Shown here in pieces: positions 1 to 52,900 of a DNA stretch of 64,000 nucleotides. This DNA comes from Tubiluchus corallicola (Eukaryota > Animalia > Priapulida), in NCBI GenBank assembly GCA_030141605.1, contig JAQGDQ010000016.1, positions 870,282-934,281 on the forward strand, given 5' to 3'. Positions within the stretch are counted from its first letter, which is position 1; each line of letters opens with the position of its first letter. Position numbers and translations under genes: made by a program. The notes below the pieces were generated by a model. It worked only from the letters and a program-made list of their open reading frames with translations, was not told the DNA's origin and made no database searches.

Positions 1-1630
1 TTTCGCAAGAAATTCACTAAATCGTCACTTAACATCACAGCAAAATTTCTGAATTTTGTAACCAAACAGTAGATGCCACGACCCTAGCCTGTCTTCTAAC
101 AAGGCACCACAACAATCACGTGAGCAAAGATTAATAATATTTTCAGTATTTCTCTGGTCAGCTCTCTCTCTCTCGTCTTTTTTAAACCCATTTTGATGAC
201 GTCGTTTCACTGATATCATTTGTGCCTCAAATTTTGCCAGTGCACCACCTGATTCACAACAGGCTTTTGAGAATTCACTTTAAATCACTCAAGTCAGCAT
301 TCAAATGACATGGTGCAGTGCGATAGAAAAATGATTGTGGTGGTACCGCAACCTGATTAACAAGGATGATAATTCAGCTTAGACACAAAATCGAGAGATA
401 TCTCAGATTTGTATATATCTCGTTACATAATGACAAAATGTCAGCGGCAGTATCGCAGGCGAAACAACCCAGAACAAGTTTTTATCGGTTAACAATTTAA
501 ACAACTGTAGCTGAATTTCGTAACCCACCACACGCTATGACGACTTGGTTACTCTTCCAGTCCTAAAGTCACTTTGTTACTTTCTCAGTACCAAATATTG
601 TAATAATCGTGTCGGCCACCGAGTTTTGATTATGAAATGGATGTGTTGTATACGTTTTCACGCAGAACTTTTAGCAACGTATTGCAGCTCTATTTAACCC
701 CAGATGGAATAGAGAAACCTGCTGCACTTTTTCTTGCACTCTGCTTTTGTTTACCTGAACCATCGAGCAGTTCCTATAACTAACCTGCGTATTTTAGTAC
801 GAGACCCAACTGAGAACACAATAATTAAAAATCCAATTGAACTTCATATTAAAAGAACTCGTATTCTCTTTTTTTCGTCACAGAAGGATCACAGAAAGAT
901 ACAAACATCTTTCCTGGCTTCGTAAATTTCACAAGCTGTTGACATAAGAGAAAGTATACTACTTCACCAAGAGTTCTGTTTTGTTTACCGAGTTTACAAC
1001 ATTTATTTCCTGTTTCCATAACTTTCACATATTTATACTAAAATGTCAATTAGTTTTATTACTTTACATCGCTATGTTAAACACAGACCTAATGAATTCA
1101 TTGGCCTATATACAAGTAAATATAAACGTGTCTCTGACTTCGTGGTAATAGTAATTTGGTATTAAATTGCGATTACATGTAAGACGATGCATTATGCACT
1201 AATTTTGTTTTATTATTACCAATTTTAAGTAAATTAAGAAACATAATCATCCATATGAGTCATTGAACAATAACTTTTTTGTATTTTGTAAGCAATCCTC
1301 ATTGTACTAAAATTCTTTATGATTCTTTAGAAAAAGTGCTGTGTAGCTTTAATATACAATATAACAATTCAAGGCTAATTAATTTTATGCAACTCAGTTG
1401 AAACGTACATTGTTAGGCCTATTCTTATTATTCATTTAAAAATTTTATACAGCTCTGTGCTTTGTTAGTATCAATAACGAAAATAATAATTTTTGTTAGT
1501 AACTATAAAAAAGAACAAGATAAAACATAAGACTATAATCAACAGCTAGTGTTTGTTAATTGAGAAACTTAATTCCATCTCAGATCTAATACTTATTATG
1601 GACTAGGAGCATATTATTGTATCTTTTCAG

Positions 1631-41867
<40,237 letters not shown>

Positions 41868-44800
41868 CATTGGTGTATAAAAACATCTAGTTCAATTTCT
41901 TGTTGTTGTAGTTATATATTGCTTATATTTCAAGTCACTCTTCCTTTATCCAATTTTTACAGCAGCTTACTTGTAGCCATTTGCTGTTTGAGCTCAGGTC
42001 TTTGGTGTCATTTCAGAGTCAAAATCATCACAGTTATGTACTTTTTTGTCTTCTCCATTTGTCCTTAAGTTTGCAGGAAACAATTGATGATTGCCAACAA
42101 TTGAAAGTCTAGCTGCTTTTCCTACTTTCACGCCATGCGACTAAAAGTTCATCTGCAGTGAGTGAGATGGCATCGACAATTAGATGAGAAAGGTTTTTTT
42201 ACTTTACACATAACTGGTGAAAAATGTTGCTACTTTACTATGATTTTACTATGAGAGGCTTAAGTAATGTCCAGAGAACTGCAGCGCTGTGTAAGTTTGT
42301 TTGCACTGACTACTGTTTAACCAAAGTGCCAACATGTTCTCCATCTACAAGCTGCCTTTCGAATTCATTAAGAATACATGCATTTTGGGGAATCACCACT
42401 TATTTTTTGCAATCACCTGACCAACTGTAGTTTTGTTTAGCATGCAGACACCTACTTTATACTGTTAATGTACATTTGCCTACTTGATGAGTTTTCAGGA
42501 TTTTGTCAAGAGCTGTGATACCCACTTTTCCTCGCATATAAAGGACCTTGCTTATTTTTTCATAAGATTTTGTATTTGTTTGTCTTTTGTGAGCATGTTT
42601 TTAATACTACTACTAATAGTACTACTACTGTTATTATTACCAACCTCATGATATTTCATTACTCCATGTGTATAACCACGTACCTGCATTTTCTGTGATT
42701 GACTGCTTGCAGTTGTTTCGTTTGCATAGCAGTATTTCCAAATCTGTCTTCGTTGTATACAGGTGTTAGTGGTTTACTTGAGTTTATGTCGTGAGCTGTA
42801 TATTAATGACTTTGACATCCGGTACATATATAAATCTCTTCCTTGAATTTGAGCATCTGCGGATGATTTCTTCCTTAATCACAGCTATTCTAATAATGTG
42901 TTCTGTAACTTTTTTGCTGTAAGTAGTTTTTGAATACATAATAGCTAACAATGTACTACAATGAAAATATGGAGAAAATGTATATTGTCTGACGGGTCTA
43001 TGCATCTGTCTACTGCTGTAAATTTTTAAGAATTACACGTAGTCACTAGAATGTGTAGGTAATTAAAATTACAAGTCCAAACCCATGTGCTCACAACACA
43101 CCAAACCTGAATGTTTTGTTAGGCACTGTAGAATTTTATCCATAATAAAAGAAAACAGACGAAGCTTCATAATTTAGCACTTTACGCTAATCGCTCAGAG
43201 TGCTACTCCTGCAAGTGTATGCATTATTTTTTTTGTAACTTTCTATTACCGCTTATGACATTTAATAAGTTCAATAATCTGAAATCATACTTTTATGAGT
43301 CTGGTTTTTTTGGAATTCTTGCAACTGTGACCAGAAGTTGGATATTTCTTGGATGGTAAAAGTGTGATCTACATCAATGATTTCTATTCAATAAATAACC
43401 TGATGTCTCCTATGATGGGGTGATTATACGCAATCTGTACTAAAATTATACATTACTAGCTTTCATGCATTGAAAAATGTTCTGCAGTGGACTGGAGAAT
43501 ATACCATTAGACAAAATTTTCTCTCCCAATGTTAACTTTGATGATATTTCATTGTAAATTGTTTGCATACTTCTTCAGAACTGTAATCTATAGAATCAGG
43601 AAGCAATTCAAGTTTGTTTTTAATTAACATGATGTAAGACTATTTTCATACTTTACTGATTACCAAATGAGTTGAACCTTCTAACTGAGTTTTTCAAAAA
43701 CGAGAAAAAAATCAAAAATCTTTCTATATTGTCAGTAGTAAAAGTAGCAGCAAGACAATATTCATTGTATATTGGATAACATGTCCAAATCACTATAACA
43801 TTCCATAACCTTTATGCAAATGAATTGATTGTAATGAAAATGTGTTTATTTTCTGTGATCGAGCTTGCTATGAGCTTTATTCAGTATTATGATGTATAAA
43901 ATGTAGTCATAGTAATGGAATTGCAGTGTTGTTTTTATATTATGTTATGCGATCATCACGTTTTTACCCATCCAGTTTCAGTTTAAGCTTTTCCCCTTCT
44001 TTCTTTAATGCATAAATTGCACCACTTTTAACACTTTGAAATCGATATACTTCCGAAACATGTTCAACTGCTTTACACGAATTTTGCGTAATCATTATCA
44101 ATACTTACTTGCTTTTAGTGCTTAATATTCACAGCATATATAATAAATTTTCATTCTGACGTACAGTTTGCATCTCATAAAAGGTTTTTCTTGTTAAAGT
44201 TCAACTGTTTGCCATTCTAGATTGTGCATTTTTGCGTTATCCCATACCAAATTACCCAATACCTACTGTTGTCTGTGTTTTTATTATTCATAGTAACTAA
44301 TATTAAATTATTTATATATAGAATTATATGTATGTTGACATTTCCATCAAATTCTATTTACCTGTGGATGTTTTAAATTGCATAACTGCTAAAAAATGTA
44401 AAAGTTGTTGTTATAAAATGTAAAAAGTGTAAATTTCATTTGCTTTCTGTTGCTTCAGTGTCAAAGCTTTAAACCTGTATTAGTAAAATATCAAGAAACA
44501 TTGGTAAACAAATGCTATAATTATTATTAATTAGCTTAAACAGTGAAATAATTCATGCAGAGATTAAAAATATAGAACTTACAGAATCTAAATTATGTTT
44601 AGTAACAGCTTGCATGTGGTAACATATAGAAAAATTCGGTTTGCATACGAGAACTTTTAGTATTCATTTGGAACTTATTTTTCATTTTCATCAGACGTTT
44701 ACTGCAAAATTTATAACCTTTGACAATCCCTTATATATACCCATCAGTTCAGCTATTCAGTTATTTTTAAGACATTACCCATAGTGCCTGAACTGTTGAC

Positions 44801-45007
44801 AAACATGTTAAAAATATGTTAAAAATCAATTATTCCTCAGTCATTTCTCAACATTGTTTTCTATAGCCAGCTAGCTTAATTAGACAACTTTATGTAACTC
44901 AGAATCTCCTTTGTATTATTATGTAATCAAGTCTGTTGTAAATATTACGATTTATAATTCTCCTTGTGTATGTGCCATGTGAAATTTTCCTTCGTTTTTG
45001 CCTTTTT

Positions 45008-45070
45008 AATAAATTTTATCATATATTGAATGAAATCCCATACAGAAATTCCTGTTTGTGTTTTGTTGTG
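45008..45070 (+). terminator. Candidate distal Cav2 polyadenylation signal (AATAAA plus downstream GT-rich element)
   Basis: AATAAA at 45008-45013, then ctgtttgtgttttgttgtg at about 45052-45070, close to where the T-rich skew flips to A-rich. Confidence 0.4.
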
Positions 45071-46707
45071 CTTCAGCTGACAGAACAGAATGAATACATC
45101 CAACACTACATCATAAATATTAAAAGAGTATATTTCTACAAACACTACCCACCACACTGATCACAACACATAATAAAGTGGAACACTTTCACAACAACAT
45201 TATTATGTATAAAACACAATTACAAACTACGAGTAACAAAGCTGTATATCCAAAAAAGACAAATTTGTTAAAGTTGTCCTGTTAATATGCATGGAGAATT
45301 CCACATAATGCTTACTGTACAGTTTCCAACATCAGACTTTTGATGTAGAACTATCAAATAACAATACTTCAAAGAATTTTTCTCGAAACCAGAAAATACT
45401 GAAATTTGGTTTCGTTTACACCCTGTCTAATATTTAATATTGGACAAATAAGCAGCTCAAGAGTTCTGAATTAAAAAACTTATTGGTATTTAATGCAATA
45501 AAGGTGATATGTTGCGTAATATTGAAATCGTCACTCAAAATTAACATACATATGAATTAAAAATTTCCGATCATCTTGACTATCAACCAAGTTGCAGAAC
45601 ATGATTATTTAAAAATACGCCCGATGCAAATACAAAATTTTTCTAACTTTTCCAGTTTGAAAACATTGTCAGTATAAACACGATTTCCAATAATTAGTGA
45701 AGGTATGTCACAACTAACATTAAATTAACAAAATCTTGTTATGGCTAAATAACAAAGTGGCTTCTTATACCAAATGCGAGCAACAAATAATTACAAACTC
45801 ATTTACTATCTTCAAAATTAATAAATACGACAATAATTATCTGCAAGATAAAATATACATAAATAAACAAATATAGCTGTTGTATAAAATAACGGCAAAG
45901 GAGAGAATAAAAATTTTATCAAACAGTTGTCTCATAAAATAGATGAATACTTTTCTAAGGAACTCGCAACATTGGCAATTAACAAGATTGTTTTATCAAC
46001 AAAAACATTATTCAAAAATGCATTCTACATAAATTATTGGCTAATAAATAATACACACACAAATAAACAAATTATAATACATAGTCAGCAGTTTGTGAAT
46101 GCCTGTTTAAGAGGCATGTACAACAAATGTAGCGGTAATAAAAACAGCAATTATGAGAAAATTAATGCAAAATAATCGACGGCAAGCTTCAAAAGAAAAC
46201 AGCAAACATGAAATGAGAGAAAAAGAAGATCTATCTTAATTCGTATACTCAGAAGTTCTATTGATCAAACAGCAGCAGAAAGTAATATTAAGAATGATTT
46301 AATTTTTGAAATAAGCAAATAAACGTAGTGTCTTAGCACACATAAGGTCAATTTTCTTGTTAAAATGAACATCAAATCACCCATACAAATTCCCAGAAAT
46401 TTGCACGGGTATCAAATTTTATATTACACAATAAACATACATTACAATCCTACTACTCTTTTAGGTGCAAGTACAATTTGTTTTACCCGACACTGATACA
46501 CATCAAACACGACAATTAGATATAACGTTCATGATCAAATAAGATAAAAATTCACAGTAACAGACCCACATGAAAAAAGGTGTCAATAAACAGATAATGT
46601 TTATTACTCTTCAAATATGCACCTCCTTTTACGTGAACTGCAAAACATTTAAATACGTAAAAGTATGGCAGTATACGTAGCTAATTAGCCCACTGCATAT
46701 GATATAC

Positions 46708-46908
46708 CTACAGTGGGAAGTCGTCACGCAGTGAGTTGATGCGGGAACATATTTTAAGTGCCGGCCCCAACTTGACATTCATCGCGGTCATGAGATGATC
46801 TTCCTTCAGCAGCAGCATAGCCTGACCGTCAATCTCCTGAACACGAAACTCTTCCGCATACTCCGAGCATCCAGGTACAGACTTGATAAATTCAACCACC
46901 TCTTCAAC
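46708..46908 (-). CDS. PHC: Polyhomeotic terminal exon, SAM domain
   Basis: VEEVVEFIKSVPGCSEYAEEFRVQEIDGQAMLLLKEDHLMTAMNVKLGPALKI; stop TAG. Confidence 0.96.
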   Translation of the reverse strand, partial: VEEVVEFIKSVPGCSEYAEEFRVQEIDGQAMLLLKEDHLMTAMNVKLGPALKICSRINSLRDDFPL

Positions 46909-49900
46909 CTGTCATATATAATTTAATATCTAATCAGAAATCGATATCTAAGGCCTTCCATGAAACTGGAACTATGGCAGTGAGGTGAAATAACGGTCCT
47001 ACTAAACTTCTGTATGGGATTGAATTTATGGGCACTGCAACCAGCTTCCTTATCACTTTATATTCTATCCTATTCTCATAATCATATTTTTTATCTTTTA
47101 CTATTTTTTTTATTTCTACAAACGCTCTAGTACAAACTCTTAATGCAGTGGCTCCCTCAAATGGTAACCACTACAATAAAATACCGTACAGGACTATCCA
47201 CAAGAAACATTCCCCAAATCATCTTGGTTGAACCGTTTTTAAGGGGTCACATTACCGTGAAGCCCGATTTACATGTGCATATATTTTTAGCTGTCACAAA
47301 ATGATAGCATATATTATACAACGTGACATTTATTAGTGTTTGTCTGTAATAAATGGGCTACATATCTAATAGGCAAATGCACCTGGTGAAAAAATATTAA
47401 AGCACGAGTACAATAGGAGTGTTTATAAAAACAGGAGCAATAAAATAATGGATAAAATTATATTCCCTTCTTTCTAAACAGTTAAGAATTTCCTTCCAAG
47501 ACCATAACCACCACGTTTTCCCTACATTCCGGTAATGAGCACAAAACAGACACTTTTGAACGTTATCTGCCCACCGTTCTTAGAAAACACTGCATAGAAA
47601 AACACCCAGCGCTTCTTGAGGATCTCGAGGGGTAATCTACAACTCTCTGGAAAAGGGAGAAACCGGGCTGCACGATGATGGGTGTGACCTTCATAAATAC
47701 CTCTACTAGGAGGAAGGGCTACGGGTTACTGTGCAGAATATTTTTTTCTGGACAACGCTGTATTTAACTCATTCCAACATGCCTTTGTGAACTTACCGTC
47801 CATTGATTGGGATGCATCTTTTCATCTTGGCTTGTATCCATACTTTCATCACTATTCTCCTTTCCAGTCAGTGACGGTGACATTGACTCACTGCCAGACT
47901 TTGGTGGTGTGCTTCTACCCTCTGTACTCTGATCTTCTGAACTCACTTCCTCATCCTACAGACGAAAAGCTAATTATATACTTTACAGGCGCACTATAAA
48001 AAATTCTTGCATTAACTAATACAAACTAAACACTGTTGCTCTAGTAAAGTAATAATGCTTATAGATTGAAATTCTCAAATCACCTTCAAATCATGATGAG
48101 GTAGGTTGATTCCCTTAGCATCTTTCCAACTCGACTCCGATTTTTTCTTCCGTTTTGTCATCCAGGCGTATGCTGGAGTTGGTATTCCCGGACTGCCAAC
48201 TAATTAAAAATTTTTCTTCAATATTAGCATCAACGAAACAGCATATTCTTTATAATTCCCATCTTAGGCACAACATTCCGACAGTGTAACAATTTCTCAT
48301 TATGAAGTGTGAAATAATACATGCACATGGATACAAGTCAATGCACATGGATACTTTTTTGTTTAGTTAGTAAATGAAGTATAAATGGACAACTACAAAA
48401 TACTGCAAACAAACAGGCACTAAGCAAAGCATATTATAATACAGAAAACCCAAAATTGCAAGCATGCCATATTCACTAATACTAAAATCATACTAAACTA
48501 ACATTTTACTAAATGTAGATAGATAGATCTAAACTCGTGTTAAAGAGTTTTATTAATTCGTGCCACCAAATACTCACGTTTATGTCTATAGTGTTCCATA
48601 CGCCGTGAACAGTTAATGTTAAAGCGCTTTGAACACTGCGTGGAACAAAACCGCTTTGACCTCTTGAACATTTTTCTAAAGTCAGATTTACCACAAAATT
48701 CACAGGTGAGCAGTTCAGACGTATTCTTGTTTTCCACTGGAACATATAAAATATAACACATGATGTTTTATAGTTACATTGAAAATACCTGCATAACATT
48801 AGTCATGAAATGAATCTATAGTTACAAACAGTCATGACACAACTAACATGGTAAAAAAGAAACATAAAAAAACTGAGACTGAGCCTTGAGCTGCATTAGG
48901 GACCTTTATGTTTGAAAACCAATCCCTCGTGCCATTAGACCACATAACCTCTTGAGATCAGATGAGCTCTTAATTCAATCCTAGTAGCTTAACAAATGAT
49001 CCTATATTTCCAAAATTAATGCAAGTTTACTTACACTATAGTAATTACTAAACAGGTTAATATTATAACTAATTTAAAGCCTACAATGAGGTGTACAGTA
49101 TATGGCTAATATTCATAATCTTATAATTTCAACATACAAATTAATGATGACGTGAATAGACAGTTATTAAATCTCAAATGACAAACTTGGACAAAACAAA
49201 GGAAATATCAAAAGTTCCTTCTTCTTGGCTAAGTTTAGTTTCGAATTATTGCTAGTTCAGTACGTTATTAATTAATAACAATAAAACTAAGATCACAAAC
49301 GATTAAATGCCAATATAATATTGTATATTAGGCTATATAGTATAAGTAACAACTTGCATGGCTAAACATTCTAAACTATAGAAACAAGATAAAATAACAA
49401 GAAAACTGCGATATATAATTAAGCCTAACATATGTACCTTTTGGCTGCTTTGGCTGAATGTCATGACTGTTCGTAGTCTGGGTATCTTCTGCCTTAGACG
49501 TTGGCGTCTTTGACTGATCATATTCAACAAGCAAAGAAGAACGATTCACCTGAAAGTTAAGAATATGCATTACACTTAGCAAAAATCTCTTTTTAAACTA
49601 AAACAATGCCGTGATCACTCAAATAAATTTTATTTACCCACATTAGTTTGAAAGAATACAGTTATGAAGTAGCAGTTTCAATGTATAACTCTGAGGAACA
49701 GTGAAAGACCTATTAGTTACTTAGTCAGGCACCATCACCTTTCATAGATCACTACTAATGAATGTATCTTATTTCTATTTGTGAAATAACAAACACATAA
49801 AATCATAAATTTCGTCGCAATACAATTATCACCAACACAAAATTTTTAAATCCAGTTTTAAAATTTTTAGTGCACATTATCCTGTGCAATCATTACATCA

Positions 49901-52900
49901 GTGTGCACTCACATGATCAGTAATCAAAGAAAAATAAGTTGCATCATTACACAATAAATTTAAATACAATAAATAACTTCTTAGCTAGAAGAAGGTTACA
50001 ATAACAAATATATTGGAACATCCACTAATAATTAAGTTATGGTACTAACCGGAAAAGGTTCTGGACCTTCTTGTATTACGAATCCCTCGATAACATGAGT
50101 GAGAATGTGAGGCTTAACTATGGCTGTTGCTGGTTGAGTCTCCTTTGGCTCAGTTGTAGGCAACAACTCAATGCCGTGTGAGGGCTGAACAAAATGAGCA
50201 ATTGATTAGTAGCAAAAAGTAACCAAAATTAACCAGTCAACTAACTCGACAGCATAGTGCTTTAGTATATAGATATACATGTGCTGCTTTGCTAATATCA
50301 ATAAAATACCTGTACATCTTTTCCAACACAACAGTTAAGCTTACAATATTTTGTATTGTACCAAGTTTAAAATCAGTTCACTTGGTGTGTTACAGCGATG
50401 GAACTACGTACATATATCACATTGTGGCAAATCAAAATACATTTTGGATGAGCTGAACAATTTGTAAAAAATTCCCATTTCTTACACTACTGTAACTGCC
50501 TCATTCCTCATTGACATTATTCATTTGAACAGTGCAAAGCAAGTTAAGACTCTATGTTTATCTATATATGTGGTGATACCAGAGTTGTATATTAACTGCA
50601 ATAACTTACTGTAAGTAAGATGGAATTGGTGAAGGATGTGCAACAGAAGATGATTACAAACCTGTAGAGGCAGGTTAGGAACTGGTGCAAGCTGAGACTC
50701 GAATACTGGTGTCGAAGCCATTGTAAATTCAGATACATTTTCTGCTGTTTCTGTGTCCATTTGGTTATCCGGTTGCTCTTCTGCAGGTGGCAAATCACCT
50801 AAAATTACAAATCCAATATAATTATCAATAACTACAATGTGATGTGTGAGAAATAACTGTCTTTTTTATTTAGCAAATTTCGTCAATTGTGAAATGCGGC
50901 AACAAGACACCTTACAAATGCTTCGTAGGACCTTAGAAGAGAAAAGATGTCTCTCCTTTTGTCTAAATTCACCACAACTAAAACCTAAATTTCAAAAAGA
51001 ATACAGTTTTAGCCACATTAGAATACTGATAAACCCTAATTAGACAGTAAGACTACTTGCATAATAATTTGCAAATATATCAGTACCAAGATCATACATA
51101 TAACTGAACACGTCAGCACAAGTCAAAATTAGTTTCGCAAAGAACTGCTTAAAAATCTCATTACCTAATAACTATTAATAGAATTTACTTTTTAAAGCAA
51201 TTTCACTACCTTCAGATTGGGGTGTTTCAGCAGCAGGTGTAGAAGGTTCCTTTTCTGGACTTTCGGTTTGTTCAGGCAGTGCGCTTTTATTAGCTTTATC
51301 ATTTGAGTCCGATTTAGCATTGTCAACTGCAGGTTTTGCTTTGGCTTTACGAGCTCCACCTATGACACAAATAAATAAAATCTCACATCTATTGCACTCA
51401 TAGTCTTAAACAACTACCTTTAACTCTTTATCAGACTGTTTGGTGTGATGTTTTTTGTTCCTTGTTTGTTTATTTGCTTCTTACTGAAGTAGCTTTTACC
51501 TGCAGGTTTTGAATTAGCTGCACCTTGTTTCTTTCCACCGCCGCCTGGTGAACTACGATTGGCGTTTCTAGATTTTTTTGGCTTTCCATTATTACCCACA
51601 GGTGGCGTCTTAGACGCAGGTACTGGCCCAGCTGTACCTGCAGGAAGAATATTAGCAAGGTTTTTCATTTGGCCAGGCTGCTGTTTTGTGGGCATGGCAA
51701 TCTGAAAAAGTAATTAACATGAGCTTATGTAAAAGTATTATATATAATAACCCACAATACAAAGCAGAAGACCGAAATCCAGATTTGTTTTATCTGGTAC
51801 TTTCAGAAATAACATACCTGTTGCGACTGAATGGGCTGCACTTGTTGAATAAGCATGTCCTGCTGTTGTGGACGTATGTACACAGGTGTCTGTGGTGCCA
51901 AAAGAGGGCTCTGAAGAGGTTGTTGAGCCCAATTTTGCTGCATTGCCTAGAAATTAAGCAAAAAATTAGTACGAACATATTACAGAGTTACTGCTTCCAT
52001 TGGATCAATTACAATAAGTTTCAATGAATAGATTGTCATAAATATTCTCAGTAATCATAACGCAGATGGATTTTCAGAGTCATATGACTTACCTCAGAAA
52101 TAGGTCATCCTTAATGCCTTGCTAATGCACATCACAAGAGACTTGCTAGGATCACTATTAGGTTGACCATATGTATACATGGGACACACAGTTATATATA
52201 CAGTACATGTATACAAGTGCTGTTACCATTTATATTCACTACAGAATTCACTATTGATGCATTTAAAGTCGAAACACTATGGATTACAGTAACTCCACTC
52301 ATAAAACCAAAGTATCAAATACAATGTTACGAGTGAAGCGTGACTATGTGCTCAGAAGCTCATTTAGACTTTGAAAAGTGACATAAAATTACTAGGAAAT
52401 GTGTGCTAACAGTTCCATATAACAGGGAATTTGCCATATTTAATGCGTTCTCAAAAGCTCGCCTAATTACATACATATACAATACATATTTACATATAAA
52501 ATACATATTTGTTACTTACAGAATGCTAGTGGGGCCCTTCAGTAAATAATATTAGCCTTTTTAGACTAATGTTAGACTTACAATTATTAAAATACAACAG
52601 AACATGCAACGATACCTACATGACATACCATTTGCTGTAAATGGCTAATAAGTTGAGCTTGAGTTGTAAGTATGGTTGGCTGTGTGGAAGAGATACATAG
52701 CTGCCCTTGCTTGTTCATCAGCTGCGCCGCTTGACCACTGGTCAACTGCTTGCCGGCGACAATCGGACTTCCGACCACTTGCGTCTGAGCTGTCGGCTTA
52801 GAATTGGAAGACACATTTGGTGATTTGCTTTTGGATTTCTGTGCGAGGAGGCCCACAGGAAAAAAGAAAAGAGCATGCATGAACAAACCACAACCATGCA

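Noticed and set aside
1-950. Coding-like composition, possible decayed transposase on the minus strand
   Set aside because: Multiple stops and no motif I could recognise; needs blastx
47521-47740. GC-richer patch in the last Polyhomeotic intron, possible snoRNA
   Set aside because: No convincing C/D or H/ACA boxes on the host strand; may be a repeat remnant
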